Part shown: piece by piece, positions 1 to 13,140 of the stretch
How positions within the stretch are numbered: the first letter of the stretch is position 1
Layout: the number at the start of each line of letters is the position of its first letter
Position numbers and translations under genes: made by a program
Source of the DNA: Camelus dromedarius
Taxonomy: Eukaryota
NCBI RefSeq assembly: GCF_036321535.1
Contig: NC_087437.1
Location: 116,376,001-116,440,000 of the forward strand
Reading direction: 5' to 3'
DNA: 64,000 nucleotides
Notes under the pieces: model-generated
Database searches by the model: none
Told to the model about the DNA's origin: nothing
What the model saw: only the letters and a program-made list of their open reading frames with translations

Positions 1-299
1 CCTCGGTAATGAACAAATACCAAAAAAAATAAAATGTACCTCTAAGCCATATCACAATCCTATGAGGTCTTTGTTTATAAAACCAGACCCTGGCAAGTCC
101 GCCAGTCTGCTCTCCAAGACACTCAGAAGCCTGCAAAAATAAGATTTAACATTTTGCCGCCTCGTAGGAACAGACTTACATTTATAAAGTCCAATAAAGA
201 GAAATGGCTCAAATCTGAGCTTCACTCCACCAGAAATTGAAATTTGATCTCAAGTAAAGAACCTACCCTCAAGGTTATTCCTGAACCTTTTAATTTCCA

Positions 300-2540
300 A
301 ACTATGAATGGAGTTCAGTTATTGCATTGATAATTACCGATTTCGAATTTTATTGCACTTTGGCCAGTGAATGAAGTCTACATGAAAGTGATTTTTTAAA
401 TCCTGGTGGTTACTCTTTTGGTGGCCTACGACATGGTCAATTTCTGCAAAAGTCCTTTGAGCGCTTAAAAAGAAGGCATATCTTCTCATCGTTGAGTGCA
501 GATTTCTATAAATAACCACTGAATCAAAATTAGTAACGCATACGTAATTTTCACATCATTAATCTATCAAATGCTGAGAAAGCCAAATTAAAATCTCTCA
601 CTAAAGTGGATTTGTCTATTTCTCCATAGAGTTCTTTATGTATTTTAAGACTATGTTATTATGTGTTTACAATTTTATCATTTTATATATTCTTTATAAA
701 TATAAACTTTTAAAAATTATGTGATAACCCTTAATTTTCTACAGTAATGCTTTCTGCTTTCTGTTTCCATTCTTGTTTGCTTTATTTTGATTGGAATTTG
801 ACTAATATGTCTTGTCCCATCTGTTTGCTCTCAGTCCTTCTCTGTGGTAGATGTTTCTGTAAATAGTACTTAACTAACTTTGGAGTTTTTTTTTTTAATC
901 TACTTTATCACTTTCTGTCTTTCATGGCGAGTTTGGTCACTTACATTTATTGTTACTGACATATCTGATTTCTACCACTTTATGCTTTCTATTACTGTCT
1001 GTTCCTCTTTAGTTCTCCTTTCCAAATGTCTGATTGGATTCATCCATTTTCCTTTGTTCCTTTTTTTTTTGTTTCTTTCCTCTCTAATGGTTGACTGTTC
1101 AACATTCTACTTCTATTTCTTTGTTTGTCAGTCTTTAAACAAAATCTAAATTTAATCACCAAATGTCCTTTTCCCAAAGAATGCAAGGATCTGGGGAACC
1201 TTCAACTCTAGTCATTCACCCTTAATCTTATCCGATAATGTTGGCCAGTATTTCTATTCCACCTTGTCCCTCTACTCCCCAGATAGGACGCTGTGTTGTC
1301 AGTTCACATCCATTTCTTGCTAGATCTGCCCTCATATTAACCAGTTTCATTGCAACCGTGTCCTTATATTTCACTCCTTTCTTCTAAGATCTGTTCTCTC
1401 TTTTTGTTTACTAAATCTTGCGTTACTCCCTAAAGTGAAGGTCAGTTAGCAACCAACTCTCACCCTTTGTTTGAAAGTATCTTTATTTCACTCTCAATTT
1501 ACATAATAGTTTAGAATGTACTCTCTATGTAGTTAGTTTCCTTTGTATTCCTCTGAAGTTTATTTAAAGATATTATTCTAAAGGATCCATTGACTTTACC
1601 AAGTTACTAAATGAGTCTGTGGCAGAAAAAAGAGAGAAAAAAAAAAAAAGGTTAAGAGACCAGAAGATATTTAGAGTTTTGTCAGTTTCCCCCAGCTCAC
1701 TGGAGATTTTCCTCTACTGCCCTCTGTGGTCTGTTTTGTTGTTGAGAAGTTTGCTGGCCTCATAACTATCATTATTTTTAGACAGTCTGTTTTTATTCTT
1801 TAGTTGGCTCTAAAATACTTTGTCTTTGGTGTTCTGTGGTCTCACCATAATGTGATTAGAGCAGACTAATTCTTATTTATTCTTCTCTGACTGGTGCTTC
1901 CTGTATTTGGAGAATGGTTTTGTTCATCAGTTTTGGGAAAGTCTTAGGTTTTATCTCTTCAAATATTTCATCTCTTCCATTCTCTTTATTTCCTTCTTTC
2001 TGGAATTTCTATTAGATCTACATAGGATATTACCATGAGTCCTTCCCAATTATTGACTTTTTTTTCTTATTTTCCACCTCTTTGTCACTGTGCTGCACTT
2101 TGAGAACACTCTCAAGTCTCCCTCCTTTAATTCAGTATTCAGCATTATCAAATCAACCGTTGAACCCATCTACTGAGTTTTCGATATTTTTTTGACACTG
2201 AGTCTTGAAGACTGTTTTTGTGTTGTTAGGAAATCTATTGTTTCTTCTTTAGGATTGTCTGTTCTTTCCCATAATGTCTTCTTCCTCTTTTTTGACTCCT
2301 TCTTTTATGGATCTAGTCATTTTAAAATCCATTTACTCAAATATCTAACATTCTTGAGGGTTTAATCATGTTGCCTGTTGTTTCTGCTAAATCTTGGTCT
2401 TGGTAGATGGTTTCTTCCTGTTTTTGTAATTTGGGTTGCAGAGTCATCTTCAGTGGGTCTTTATCGGTAGGAATTTAGTAAAGCTTGAATTGAAGGAATG
2501 CTTCTCCAAGATTTTGTGTTTACTTCTGCCAGGTGCCCAA
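300..2540 (-). mobile_element. Old degraded L1 (L1M-type) fragments covering the ORF1 and ORF2 endonuclease regions
   Basis: ORF 334-519(-) contains TFAEIDHVVGHQK, resembling the L1 endonuclease motif TFSKIDHILGHK. The + strand is T-rich, as expected for antisense L1. Boundaries are approximate. Confidence 0.7.
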
Positions 2541-3566
2541 GGCTATCACTAGCCCATGATCTCTTTTCAATGGTTAATTTCACAGACTGGGATTGTTGGA
2601 ACACAGCTTTGTGCACGTGTGTATAGGATAATGGGAGGGATCATGTCCAACTCCTGCTTTGTGCAAGCCCAAGATCTCATCTCCTGCCTGCAACTGGCCT
2701 TTAAAATCCAAACCTCTGTATCATAGACATTGGAACCCCACCCCATCCATGCCATCTAAGACAACCAGGTGATCACATAAGAATGGGGTGCCCTATTCTC
2801 AGTTCTCTCCGTTGTCTTTAATCCCTAAGGAATTCACTGACCTTTCTCCTCAGATCAGCTGTGCATTTAAAAGGATGTTAGAGTCTAGGCATCATTTCCA
2901 GGTGCTCTGCAAGACGTCCTTTTAAGTTCAATATTTCACTAGAACCAAGAGTCTTCTCTGCATTTTTTTAACATTTACTTTAAAACATTTCCACTTTCAG
3001 TGCAACCATCAAACTACCTCATGCTCTGCTCTACTTGATTCATTTATTAATTAATCGATTATCAAAAAATTAATTGTACCAATGAAGTGTTTTAAACCCT
3101 ATGAAAGAGCCAAAAACTGTAAAAAAAAAAAAATTAAGAAAAAGTATGCCTACTCTCAACTTGGTGAGAATCAACAATTCCATTGTGTTTTAATTAAAAA
3201 AATACATGACTGAATTATTTTCATTGGGCTCTAAAGATATCTTTCACATTCTGACATGCCAAACTATTTGGATGGAGTCAGTCTCAACTCTTCTTGAGTG
3301 GATTATCTAGTTTGGGGATCTTGTTTTTCTTTATTTGCCCTGTTGCCTCCCTGTAGTTATGCCATGACAACACTGCTTATGCTCATCATGTGTTAGAAGT
3401 GGAATGACTTGTTCTACTTACAGGTTTCTCCCTTCCTGGTTTTCTTTCTTTGCCCCTCTTTAAATGTTGATGCTCCTGGAATTTTGTCCTTGGTCCTCCA
3501 CTCTCCTCATTCCATAGACATCACTGGGCATTCTGTACTCCCATGTTCTAATTACAACATGCATGC

Positions 3567-4034
3567 TGTATACTTTCCAAGGGTTTCCAGAACAGAGCAC
3601 CACAAAAGTGGCTTAAAAAAACAGAAGTTTATTATCTCATATTTCTGGAGGCTAGAAGTCTGAAATCAAGGTGTCAGGAGGGCTGCGCTCCCTCTGGGAC
3701 TCTAGGTAGAATCCTCCTTTGCCTCTTCCAGCTTCTGGTGGTGGTCAGCAGTCCTTGGTGTTCCTCTGCCTAGGGGCTGCATCCTTCGAATCTCTGCCTC
3801 CATCTTTACATGGCCTTCTCCCCATGTCTTCACATCTTCTCTCTGTGTATGTTTGCATCCAAATTTCCCCTTTTTATGAGGACACCAATCATTTTATTAG
3901 GCCCACCCTCATGACCTCATCTTGGCTTGATCAAATCTCAAAATACTCTATTTCCAAATCAGGTCATATTCCAAGGCACTGAAAGTTAGGACTTCAACAT
4001 ATCTTTTTGTGGGGGCACAATTCAACCCGTAACA
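3567..4034 (-). mobile_element. Solo MaLR LTR (MLT1C-like), 468 bp, with perfect 5-bp TSD CATGC
   Basis: TG...CA termini. MLT1 motifs ttctggaggctagaagtctgaaatcaaggtgtc and caattcaacccgtaaca. catgc at 3562-3566 and 4035-4039. Confidence 0.88.
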
Positions 4035-4089
4035 CATGCTATCGCTTGCATCTAGAGCTTTCTCCCAAATGCCTGATCAAATATGAAAA

Positions 4090-4310
4090 GAGCTGCAGTT
4101 TTTGGGAGAACTACTATATCCCTAGCACTGTTTTTGCATTTCACACATATTGTCTTATTCAATCCATACAGCACCAGATAAAGTACGCATTGCTATCATC
4201 TTTATTTCGGTGTCAAAAAAACTAAGGAACAGCAAGACTGACTTCCCAGAGCTCAGAAATGGCACAGTTTAGAACTCAAGTGTGATGACTTCCGATAAAA
4301 GATTTTAACC
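4090..4310. mobile_element. MIR SINE remnant
   Basis: MIR-like degenerate core: cctagcactgtt...tcttattcaatcc...aaactaagg...agaactcaag. Boundaries approximate. Confidence 0.5.
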
Positions 4311-4744
4311 CCAAGCTCTACATGGGCCCACTGAACTGCCTTGTGGGTGACCCATAGGGGTCTTCAAAATAAATAAACCTAACTCTCCCCATAGGGATCT
4401 TCAACACAGGAGGAACCAAGCCAGAATCATCTATTTTAATTTTTTTCTACATTTACTAACATCTTCTCAGTCACTCTTGTTAAATCAAAGGTATTTTCAA
4501 TTCAATTCTATTCATTTCTTGGTTTTCAAGAAAAACAGATAAATCATTATCATGGAGGCGTAGGGTTAAGTGCTGAACAGCATGGTAGATAATTGTGAAC
4601 ATCTCCTCCCCTCCTTTATGTATTAACAGAGTATCTTTTGAAAAGGCCATTTCAGAATCTCTGCAACAATCTCACAAATACATTCCATCATTCTATTCCC
4701 TTGTGTTCTTCCCAGGCACTTTTGATGGTGTTTGTTGTGTACGA

Positions 4745-5000
4745 ATAAGAACTCAAACTCTAGATTCAGACAGAACTAAGTCAGAATTCCGTCTCTCCAA
4801 ATCATTAGCTGGGACATCCTGGGAAACTCTCTTAGTTCCCCTAGTTTTTAGTTTCTTTATCTGTAAAGTGAGAATAGTAAATAGCACCGACACCATAGGG
4901 TAGTTGTGGGATTTAAATGAGATAATACCTCTCTAACAAAGTACATGGCCAAGTGCCTGACAATTGTGTACACTCCGCAGATAGTGGCTCTCGCCATTTC
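4745..5000. mobile_element. MIR SINE remnant
   Basis: tttagtttctttatctgtaaagtgagaatagtaa...gttgtgggatttaaatgagataata matches the MIR core. Confidence 0.7.
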
Positions 5001-5263
5001 TGTTTTTACGATTCCACACACACATATAAAACCCAACTGCAGTTTCCTCAGTCACGACTCAGCTCATAGTTTAAAAATATAATTAGGTTTGGTTTTAGGC
5101 TTTAAGTTTTAGTTGGTTTGGTTCTTTAGTTGCTTGACTTAGCACACAAAAAAATTGTAAAACAGACGCTTATAGAAACACATTCCATAGTGCAGGCATA
5201 ATGGGAGAGATCCCTGGGGGTGTTCAGAAGCATGACAAGATAAAATAAAGAAATGCGTAGTTT

Positions 5264-5520
5264 ATGTAGAGAACACACTTGTGCTCACCAAAGGGGAGAG
5301 GGGAGGCAGAAGGATAAATTAGGGGTATGGTATTAAGAGATACTACTATTATGCATAAAACAGATAAGCACCAAGGAGATACTGCACAGCACAGAAAATT
5401 ATACCCATTATCTTGTAATAACCTGTCATGGAGTATAATCTTCAAAAATACGGAATCATTATGCTGTACACCAGAAATTAACAAAATTGTGTAAATCAAC
5501 TATACTTTAATTAGAAAGAA
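5264..5520 (+). mobile_element. 5'-truncated artiodactyl-type L1 3'UTR with degenerate 17-bp TSD
   Basis: L1 3' end gctgtacaccagaaattaac...aatcaactatact. TSD aaagaaatgcgtagttt (5247-5263) and aaaggaatgtatagttt (5521-5537). Confidence 0.82.
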
Positions 5521-5669
5521 AAAGGAATGTATAGTTTTACCAACAAGTGCTTTAAGTACAAGTGAACACAGGCCTAGGGCCTGGTCTGGTCTCGCCCATC
5601 TGTGAGTCTGTCCTCGGGAGAGTTGCTTCACCTCTCTAGGGCTCCATTTTCTCATGTTTAAGAGATTTC

Positions 5670-5880
5670 TGATAATTAATTGTACGTGTCCACTTGACTG
5701 GATCATGGGACGCCTAGATAGTTGGTTAAACATTATTTCTGGGTGTATCTGTGAGGGTGTTTCTAGAAAAAGCAGCATTTTACTTGGCAGAATGAGGAAA
5801 GCAAAGAGAGGACAAGAGAGACAGAGACAAAAAGAAAGAGAGACGGGATGGCTCTGTTTCTTTGAAGAACCTAATACAAA
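5670..5880 (+). mobile_element. Internally deleted MLT2 (ERVL) LTR
   Basis: MLT2 5' signature gtgtccacttgactgg...ggttaaacattatttctgggtgtatctgtgagggtgtttc and 3' signature ctctgtttctttgaagaacctaataca. Confidence 0.7.
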
Positions 5881-6989
5881 GTTGAACTAAGACCATCAAG
5901 AATCTTGCAGCTCCAACTCCTGTGATCTGTGAGTCCCACTAACTAAATCTGGATTTCCATTAAATCAAGAAATGCACGTTTAGTGACCTCTGCACACAGG
6001 CCACCAGCTTGCTGCTTTGTCCTCTGGGTAAGCATGCAAAAGATACAATCACCAACCCGCGAAGCTCACAATCTAATGGAACAGACAGGCTTATAAATAA
6101 CTCTAGTAAGATTAAATCGTCATATGTTGGCCATCTGGGCTTGGTTGGAGAGTATATTCTTCTGTGACTCGTTACTTATCTGCTTTCAAGCCCAGCTCAG
6201 AGATGCCACATTTGGAAGGATTGCGTGTAGGCTACATGAGCCTTCTGCCACTCCAAGAACGCAAAATCCTGACCTTCTAATAAACCAGACAAACAAAAAG
6301 ACTCACACTGGGCACGCTGGCTCTCTGTCTGCACTGAGCTGTTTGCTGGTGCAGTTCACTCTGTTCATGGAGGGCGTCACAAGAAACAGGTTTCTACCAT
6401 GTGGTACACGGCCACTGAGGGAGGAGGGCGGTCACAGCTGTGGCCTCGGTGAACTGCGAGCGTTAAGTCCAGGAATGCTGCTTTCAGGATTCTGCGCTGA
6501 GAAAAACATTGCCTTCCCTCTGAAATTTCTTTTTGAAAATGGAGATAATTTCCCCAAATGGCTCTTCTTATGTGAATTCTGGGTGCTTCCAACTCACTTC
6601 ACGAAGGCCATGAACGTAGATCAATGTTTAGAAACAGTGGGTCCCCGTTGTACAATAGAACCAATATGTTCTAGAGAACGTAAGTTTTGTGATGTCTCAT
6701 GAAGTATCTGCTTCAGGGATGTGGCTCAAAGCCATGCTGGGGGCTCAGCTACAGCATCCTGGCCAAGCCGGTGGCCAACTTGGCTACATTCTTCCTTCAT
6801 GGGATCTTGGTTTTACCTTAATCATTGTAATTACCTAGTACAACCCCGAATTTCTGTTTCTTCAGTCACTGGTTCACATGATTATCAGTTTTTAGTTCAC
6901 AAGTCATCTCAAACGCTACATCCAGTATACAGGTGCATTATAAGTAACATAATACATTATATAAAATATATAATATTTTCTAAATAATG

Positions 6990-7310
6990 TAAAACAAAAT
7001 TAAGTGTGGTGATGAAAGAACTGGTAAGATGTTGTCAGAGAAACAAGACGTCAGGAGACCGAGGATGGCTTCCTAGACAGGGTGGATCTCAAAGATGCCT
7101 TGAGGAAGGAGAAGGATTTGTTAGCAGAGAAGGAGGAAGGGCACCCCGTCAGGGGGAACAGCATGAATGCAGACACTGGATGGTGACCACGCAGAGTACC
7201 AGTGGCACCATGTGACCAGAGGGCAGGATGGGCCGAGGCAAATGGCGGAGGCTGCAAAGGAATTTAGAAATCATGCCATGAGGGCCCAAAGGCAGCTTTT
7301 CTTTATGAGT
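6990..7310 (-). mobile_element. L2 remnant
   Basis: Purine-rich antisense L2 pattern (ggcttcctagacagggtgg...gggaacagcatgaatgcagacactgga). Boundaries approximate. Confidence 0.5.
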
Positions 7311-9000
7311 CGCGTTTATAGTCATCTTGTTCCTCAGATATGTTGAAACATTCATCTGAATCACTCATTTGAGCTCTTAATCACACACTCTCCGGTCACA
7401 AACTACTTACTTCATGTGTCCGGTCCTTATCTGCGTCTCACAGGCTCTGGTCACTTCCTCTGTGACCAGCATCAGAGTAACAGGCACCCAGGGAACACCT
7501 CGCGAACTGAGTACAAGTTACCCCGCACAGAGGGCCCAGGTTAGACACAACACAAGTAGTTCCAGCCATGCATTTTGGGGGCCATGGAGAGGGAGTTCAC
7601 AATCATGCTTTTATTCTTGGTGACTGGGGTATTATCAGTGCTCGGTATTCAATGAGTGAATGAATGAATGCAGACAATGAACCAGTGAAGGGATAAATGT
7701 GGCAACTCCATCTCTGAGACTTCTGACTACCATGAGCACCTGGGCTCAAGGTGACTTAGAAAGTCAAAATAGAAGTGTTTGAAAAGCCTGACGCCTCGGC
7801 ATTTATTTTAGGGAATACAAACAGCGAGAAAAATCTTTTCACAATGATGTAAGCTGCTGAAACCCGAGGTTCTCTTGCATTTTGGTCAGTATTTTGCAAC
7901 ATTTAAGAAAAGTGGATGAAGACCATGCCTTCCTCTTTGCTGGCCCTCTGGGTTAGCAAATCACCGAGCACACTGTCAACACCTAAAAAGTAACAATGAC
8001 TGCCAGAGGCTGCCCAGCACACAGAGGGACAGCATCCCTGATGCAGATGCTTCATGAGACATCACAAAACTTACGTGCTTTAGAACATACTGGTTCCGTT
8101 GCACGATGGGGACCCATTGTTTCTAAACATCGGTCTACGTTCTCAGCCTTGGTGAAGGAGAGTTGGAAACCCCCAGCGTTCACATTCCATGTTGTTCCCA
8201 AGTTGTTGTGACTGTTGATCAAAACACAGTAAAATGGATGCAGGCCGAGTATTGGGCCTGATCAAGGCGTCAGAATGGAGCTCAGTGCCAATACGGTGCA
8301 TGGAGCGGCAGGGCTCCTTTCTCAGCCTGCACACTGTATGCTGTGCTTTGTTACTGGCCCAGGATTTTCCTGTGAATGCCTTGACATGTGCTCTTTACAG
8401 AATTTATGGTGCCAGCCAATGCCAGCCCCCAAAAGCAGCTTTAGGAAGACAAATTTCCTTCCTACAAGTAAGCAATTCTTCATTTTTTGCATGGGGAGGT
8501 GGGGTGAGGGGGATGTCACTGTGCAATTGTTCTTTATTTTCTGTTCTTCCATTTTGTCAACTCCCTCTTCCAAAAGTGACATATCATGCCTTTGTTCAAA
8601 ATAACTAAGCTCTATTAGAGTAAAATTCCTTCAGTGTCTTCCCTCTGGATCAGAGCCCTATCATGCGTGGAAACCCCCCAGGAATGTGTTCACAATGCTC
8701 ACAATGTAGAATCCTCAACCCTGCACCCGGATTCAGGAAGTTTGGAAATTTAAATGGTTAAATCAGAAGTCTCCCAGGGAATCCTGATGCAAGGGGTTCT
8801 GATCATACTTGGAGAAACATTTCCCAGGCAGCCTCCAAATTAAGCTGAGGTGACAAAGAGCCCTTTAACTAGGTCACCCACGTCTGGGGCCCCTCTAATT
8901 AAGACTGATGGCACTGAATGATATTTTGATCTATAACCATGAGCCTAAGAAACAGCCTAACCCCATGAGATGTAGACCTAGACACATAGATATGCACACC

Positions 9001-9088
9001 AGATAGACAGACAGACAGACATAGAGACAGAGAGAGAAAGAACAAATGATAGATAGATAGATAGATAGATGATAGATAGATAGATAGA
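9001..9088. repeat. (AGAC)n/(AGAT)n tetranucleotide microsatellite
   Basis: Directly visible. Confidence 0.95.
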
Positions 9089-12000
9089 AAGCACAGGTGT
9101 GATGTCTTATCTAACTAGTACACCTCGAGAAGGAGAGGTACAATCACCAATCTTGCCAGGACAACAGCCAGGGCCCCCCCCAGTGTCTGGTGACCTTACT
9201 GATTGAGCACTTTCCTCGTGCCTTCCCTGTCACCCTCCTATGACAAACCGAGGAATGCATTTTTCTCCAGACTCAGAATTACCAGCTGGGCCATCCGCCC
9301 ACATTAGTTTTCTTTTTCTCCTGGAGACACTGAAGCACGTATTGACTGAGACATCCCCTTCACTCAGCCTGCTGACCCCTAGGGGTCAAAGAACACCCAC
9401 CTTTTGCAGTTGTGTGGGATTTAAAAGTTTGTATTAAAAGATACAAGCACAGATACATAAACATACAAACCTCACTCCTGGTCTCACTGCCTCTATTAAG
9501 TTCTTACTTTAGCCCATGTTTCTAATCCATTTACTTTAAAAATGGATTTTACCTGGCTTCTTTACTTACATTTGGGTGAGCTTTCTTACACTTGTTGTGA
9601 AACAAGGAGACAGGGTAAATTTATTAAATGAAGGCATGTATTTATTCATTAAGGGGTATTTTATGAGTTTCTTTAAAGCTCTTGAGTTAATTAAAGGCAG
9701 TGAGTCTCAGAACCAGGGACTTGGAGAAGTGAGAAATCCAGGCACAGGAGCCCAATCTGAATGCAGACAGTGCCCCCAGGTCTTGTTTTCCCTCCTCTCT
9801 GTCTACCCACTGATTTTCTGCTCAGTGTGCACCGGGACCGTTTCTAGGTCTAGAAGATGAATGTTGGTATGAGGTTGATTGAAGGTGCAAATGCTTAGGA
9901 ATAATTAATGTTTTTTTTCCTGCTATCATTTTGATTTGCTTTTATGAGTACCAATCGATATGTTTAACTAGTAGGAACTGCATGAACCAGTCGGAACTGG
10001 GTTTGGAGAACTCCCACTATGTACACAGACCTCTTTGTGCCCAAAATGTGCCTGAGCGAGGTGCCTGGATCCCACAGCTCCAGCAGAGATCCAGTGGCTA
10101 ACAGAGCTGCCCCCAGTTCCTGCAGTCTTCACACCGGGGAATCATTCAGATGGTGCAGTGCAGGGGTGTGTGTGTGTGTGTGTGTTCATTCGTGTGCATG
10201 TATGAGCACACATACGTGAGGTTTGACCAATAACTGAAAGCCTCACAACTTGCACAATCAGCCACAATTAGCTCTCTTACAAACACCATTAACTGAATAA
10301 CTGCCTCCGTGCTGGTGTGAAGCAACCAAAGGAGGGAACAGCTGAAAGAGGACTTTCTTCAGGAGATGAAACCAGCCTTTACACAAAAACTCCATATGAG
10401 CCAATCTGCGTAATCCTCCTCCCACCCGTCCAACTGCCGTTCTCTGAGTACCCACGACCCAGCTCAGAAACGCTGGGCGCTCTGCCTCGATTCTACTGGT
10501 CCTACGCCTCTTTCCATGTAACTATCTCTCCTGTTTTCTGAACATTTCATTTTTGAATGTTTGCAGTCAAACATTCATTTTCGTTTGAATTCAAAATGGT
10601 TTTTAAATTTTTTTTTGAATTTTTTTGTATTTTGAAACGTTTGAATGCAGACATTTCATTTTTGAATATCTGAAGCCACATGCTTGGCCTCCGGAAAAGC
10701 TATTGATGGCATCAAAGCGCACTGATAGCAAGACAGAAACAGGACCTCCTCAGTGAAAAGGATGTGATTTCACGAGCAACCAAGATGAGAATCTTCAGTG
10801 CGGGCCTTTCCTCAGGTTGACTCTCTTCCCATCTTAGAGAACTAAAGACTTTCTTTTGCCTAAATTGAAGAAATTACATTCTTAAGGAGGAAGGCAAGGG
10901 GTGAGGTGAACCTGGGCTTGGGCGGACATCCTTTGGGCTTCTGCCTCACCCTGTTCCTATCCAGCCCGTGTCTGAGGCAGCAGCACCCCTGCCCTCCCCA
11001 GGCACATCCCTGTTCTCAAGCCTCTTTTAGGTGCCACACACCCAGGACGGGCAACTCGGGCATTCGCACTGCCGTGTGTTTTCCCACTCACAGGGGTGCT
11101 TCCTGTTGTAAATCACGGCAAGAGGTGACGGGTCTCAGGTCACAGTTCAGTTGTCACGATCAAACCAAATTCATGCCTTCTCTATACATGTTGATCGCCT
11201 TCCTGGGAGTATCAGAACCAGCTTTGCCCCTCTCATAAGGCACACATGACACTCCATGCCCACCGTCTCCCACAGAAGTCTTACAGCAGTGCTTTAGGAT
11301 CAGGGGTGGCCCCGAAGGACGACCCCTCTTACACCTAACTGCGTGCAATCAGCTTCATGCATTCTGCTTCAAACCACAGTGCCAGCCCTGAAGGGAGACC
11401 CACCATGAACCCAAGTCGGACGTTATGCCAAGCGCTCTGCACTCTGAACGCTCCTGTTTGGAAGGTGGTGGAAAGAGAAGTCCGCGGGATGTGATCCTAC
11501 AGAGAATAAGGAGCGGGGTGGGAATCACACCGTGGAGGGGGTCACGGAGGTGACGTGAGGTGAGCTCTGGCGCAAGGGAGAATCAAGTCTGCGCCACCTC
11601 CGCCCACGGACACCTTCCTGGGCGGTACTGCCCAGCGGCTGGGCACCCTCTCACCCCTCCTCCCCTCAGTTAATATTCACTGAGCTGCTACGTGCCAGGC
11701 CCTGTGCTTGGCCATGGACGGGAGGACTTTGTGGGGCTTCCACTCCATGGAGGGAGGAAGATAATAAGCAAAATTTCACATCAACATCCACGACGGCGAC
11801 CAAGGGGAACATGCAATAAAGGAAAACGACGCAGGTTGGGGCTTGAGAGTCGCTGGGGGAGGGGCGGCTCTAGAAGGCGGTGGCCAGGAAAGGAGAGATG
11901 TTTGCACGGAGCCCTGATGAAGGACAGAACTCCCTGGAGTCAAGGGTTTGGGGCTGAGGCAGAACCACACGGAGACCAGGTGGCTTCAGAGAGTGATGGG

Positions 12001-12716
12001 ACGGAGCCCTCAGGGCTACTGAAGGCGCTGGGATGCATTCCAACACCCGAAGGCAGAGAATGAAGGCGTCAGGCCGGCCTGTCTGAGTTCCAACTCGGCC
12101 TCTTATCAACTGTGTGCTGACCTCTCTGAGGTTCATTTTCCATATCAGGTCACTGGAATGAGGACACTTCTGGTTTCCTAGAATTTCACGGCACCAACAT
12201 CTCAATGTCTCCAAATCGCTTACCAGACACCTACTAGAGAGTGAGGACCCACCGAGCAGTGGCTGCCGGTGCCAATGCTGTGGTTGCTGGGATGCTCTGC
12301 GTTGTATGCAGTGCATTTCCTCTGAGGAGTTTGATGGCAGCCTTCCTAAAACCTTTAGTTTTGCTAAATAAATAAATTCCTGGCATCTTCCTCAAATCCA
12401 GAGCTATTGTTGCGGGTTGGGTTTAGAATAACTTCTGCAGTAAAGACTTACTCTGACTCCCAGAGTTAGCATAAGCCAGTGATAGCTGGAATTTCAGATT
12501 TTGAGATGGAACCACATTATAGGGTTCCCAACTTTTTGTTCTGCCAGATTAGAAAACAATTTTTTAAAGGCCTGCCTTCTAGTATAAACAGCATTTCATA
12601 AAAGAGAGGCTTATTTGGTGTCCTTAAAATAAAAGAAAAATGATTTTCTGCCAAATCATCTCAGAGAAAGGGCGAGTCCTCCTTAGAAAGGTCACTTTTT
12701 ATGGATTCTCCCCCCG

Positions 12717-12751
12717 CCACACACACATACATACACACACACACACACACA
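12717..12751. repeat. (CA)n microsatellite, interrupted
   Basis: Directly visible. Confidence 0.95.
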
Positions 12752-12840
12752 GATCAGGGAACATGTCGTCACAGGTAGACCAACTTCTCATGGGTTCCAT
12801 TGACAGGCATCTTGCTAGGCGGCTGAGGGTGAGCAAAGCC

Positions 12841-13140
12841 ACGGGCGAGAAGAGAGGGTTGAAAGAAGCTCTAGAAAGGCGTGGCCTGCGGACCGCAGAG
12901 CCGGCCGCGAGCCTCTGACCTGCGGGGACGATGACCCTGCGCTCGTTCGTCGTCATGTTTGGGGGCGGCATGTGCTTCTCCTCCATGTAGCTGCCGTAAC
13001 TCATCCCCACGGTGTCGGGGCTGCTCACCATCTTCCCGCCTTTGGCCAGGCTGCACTCGTCGGGGGAGTTTCTGCAGGAGAAGAAGACACATTCTTCCGT
13101 TACCGCGGCCACCCGAAAGCGGGCCTCCTTGGTCTTCTGG
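12841..13140. promoter_or_regulatory. Small intragenic CpG-rich patch over the 152-bp exon
   Basis: About 26 CpG in 300 bp by hand count, well above the surrounding intron. Confidence 0.55.
12920..13071 (-). CDS. ERG: ERG internal coding exon, 152 bp (next exon, leading into the PNT domain)
   Basis: Translates (R)NSPDECSLAKGGKMVSSPDTVGMSYGSYMEEKHMPPPNMTTNERRVIVPA. Acceptor tcttcttctcctgcag|A and donor GCAG|gtcaga. The junction AG|A completes Arg in frame with the upstream exon. Confidence 0.97.

Noticed and set aside
6124..6702. Longest ORF in the window (192 aa, + strand)
   Set aside because: No recognisable domain or compositional signal, and it is antisense within an intron. Consistent with chance.
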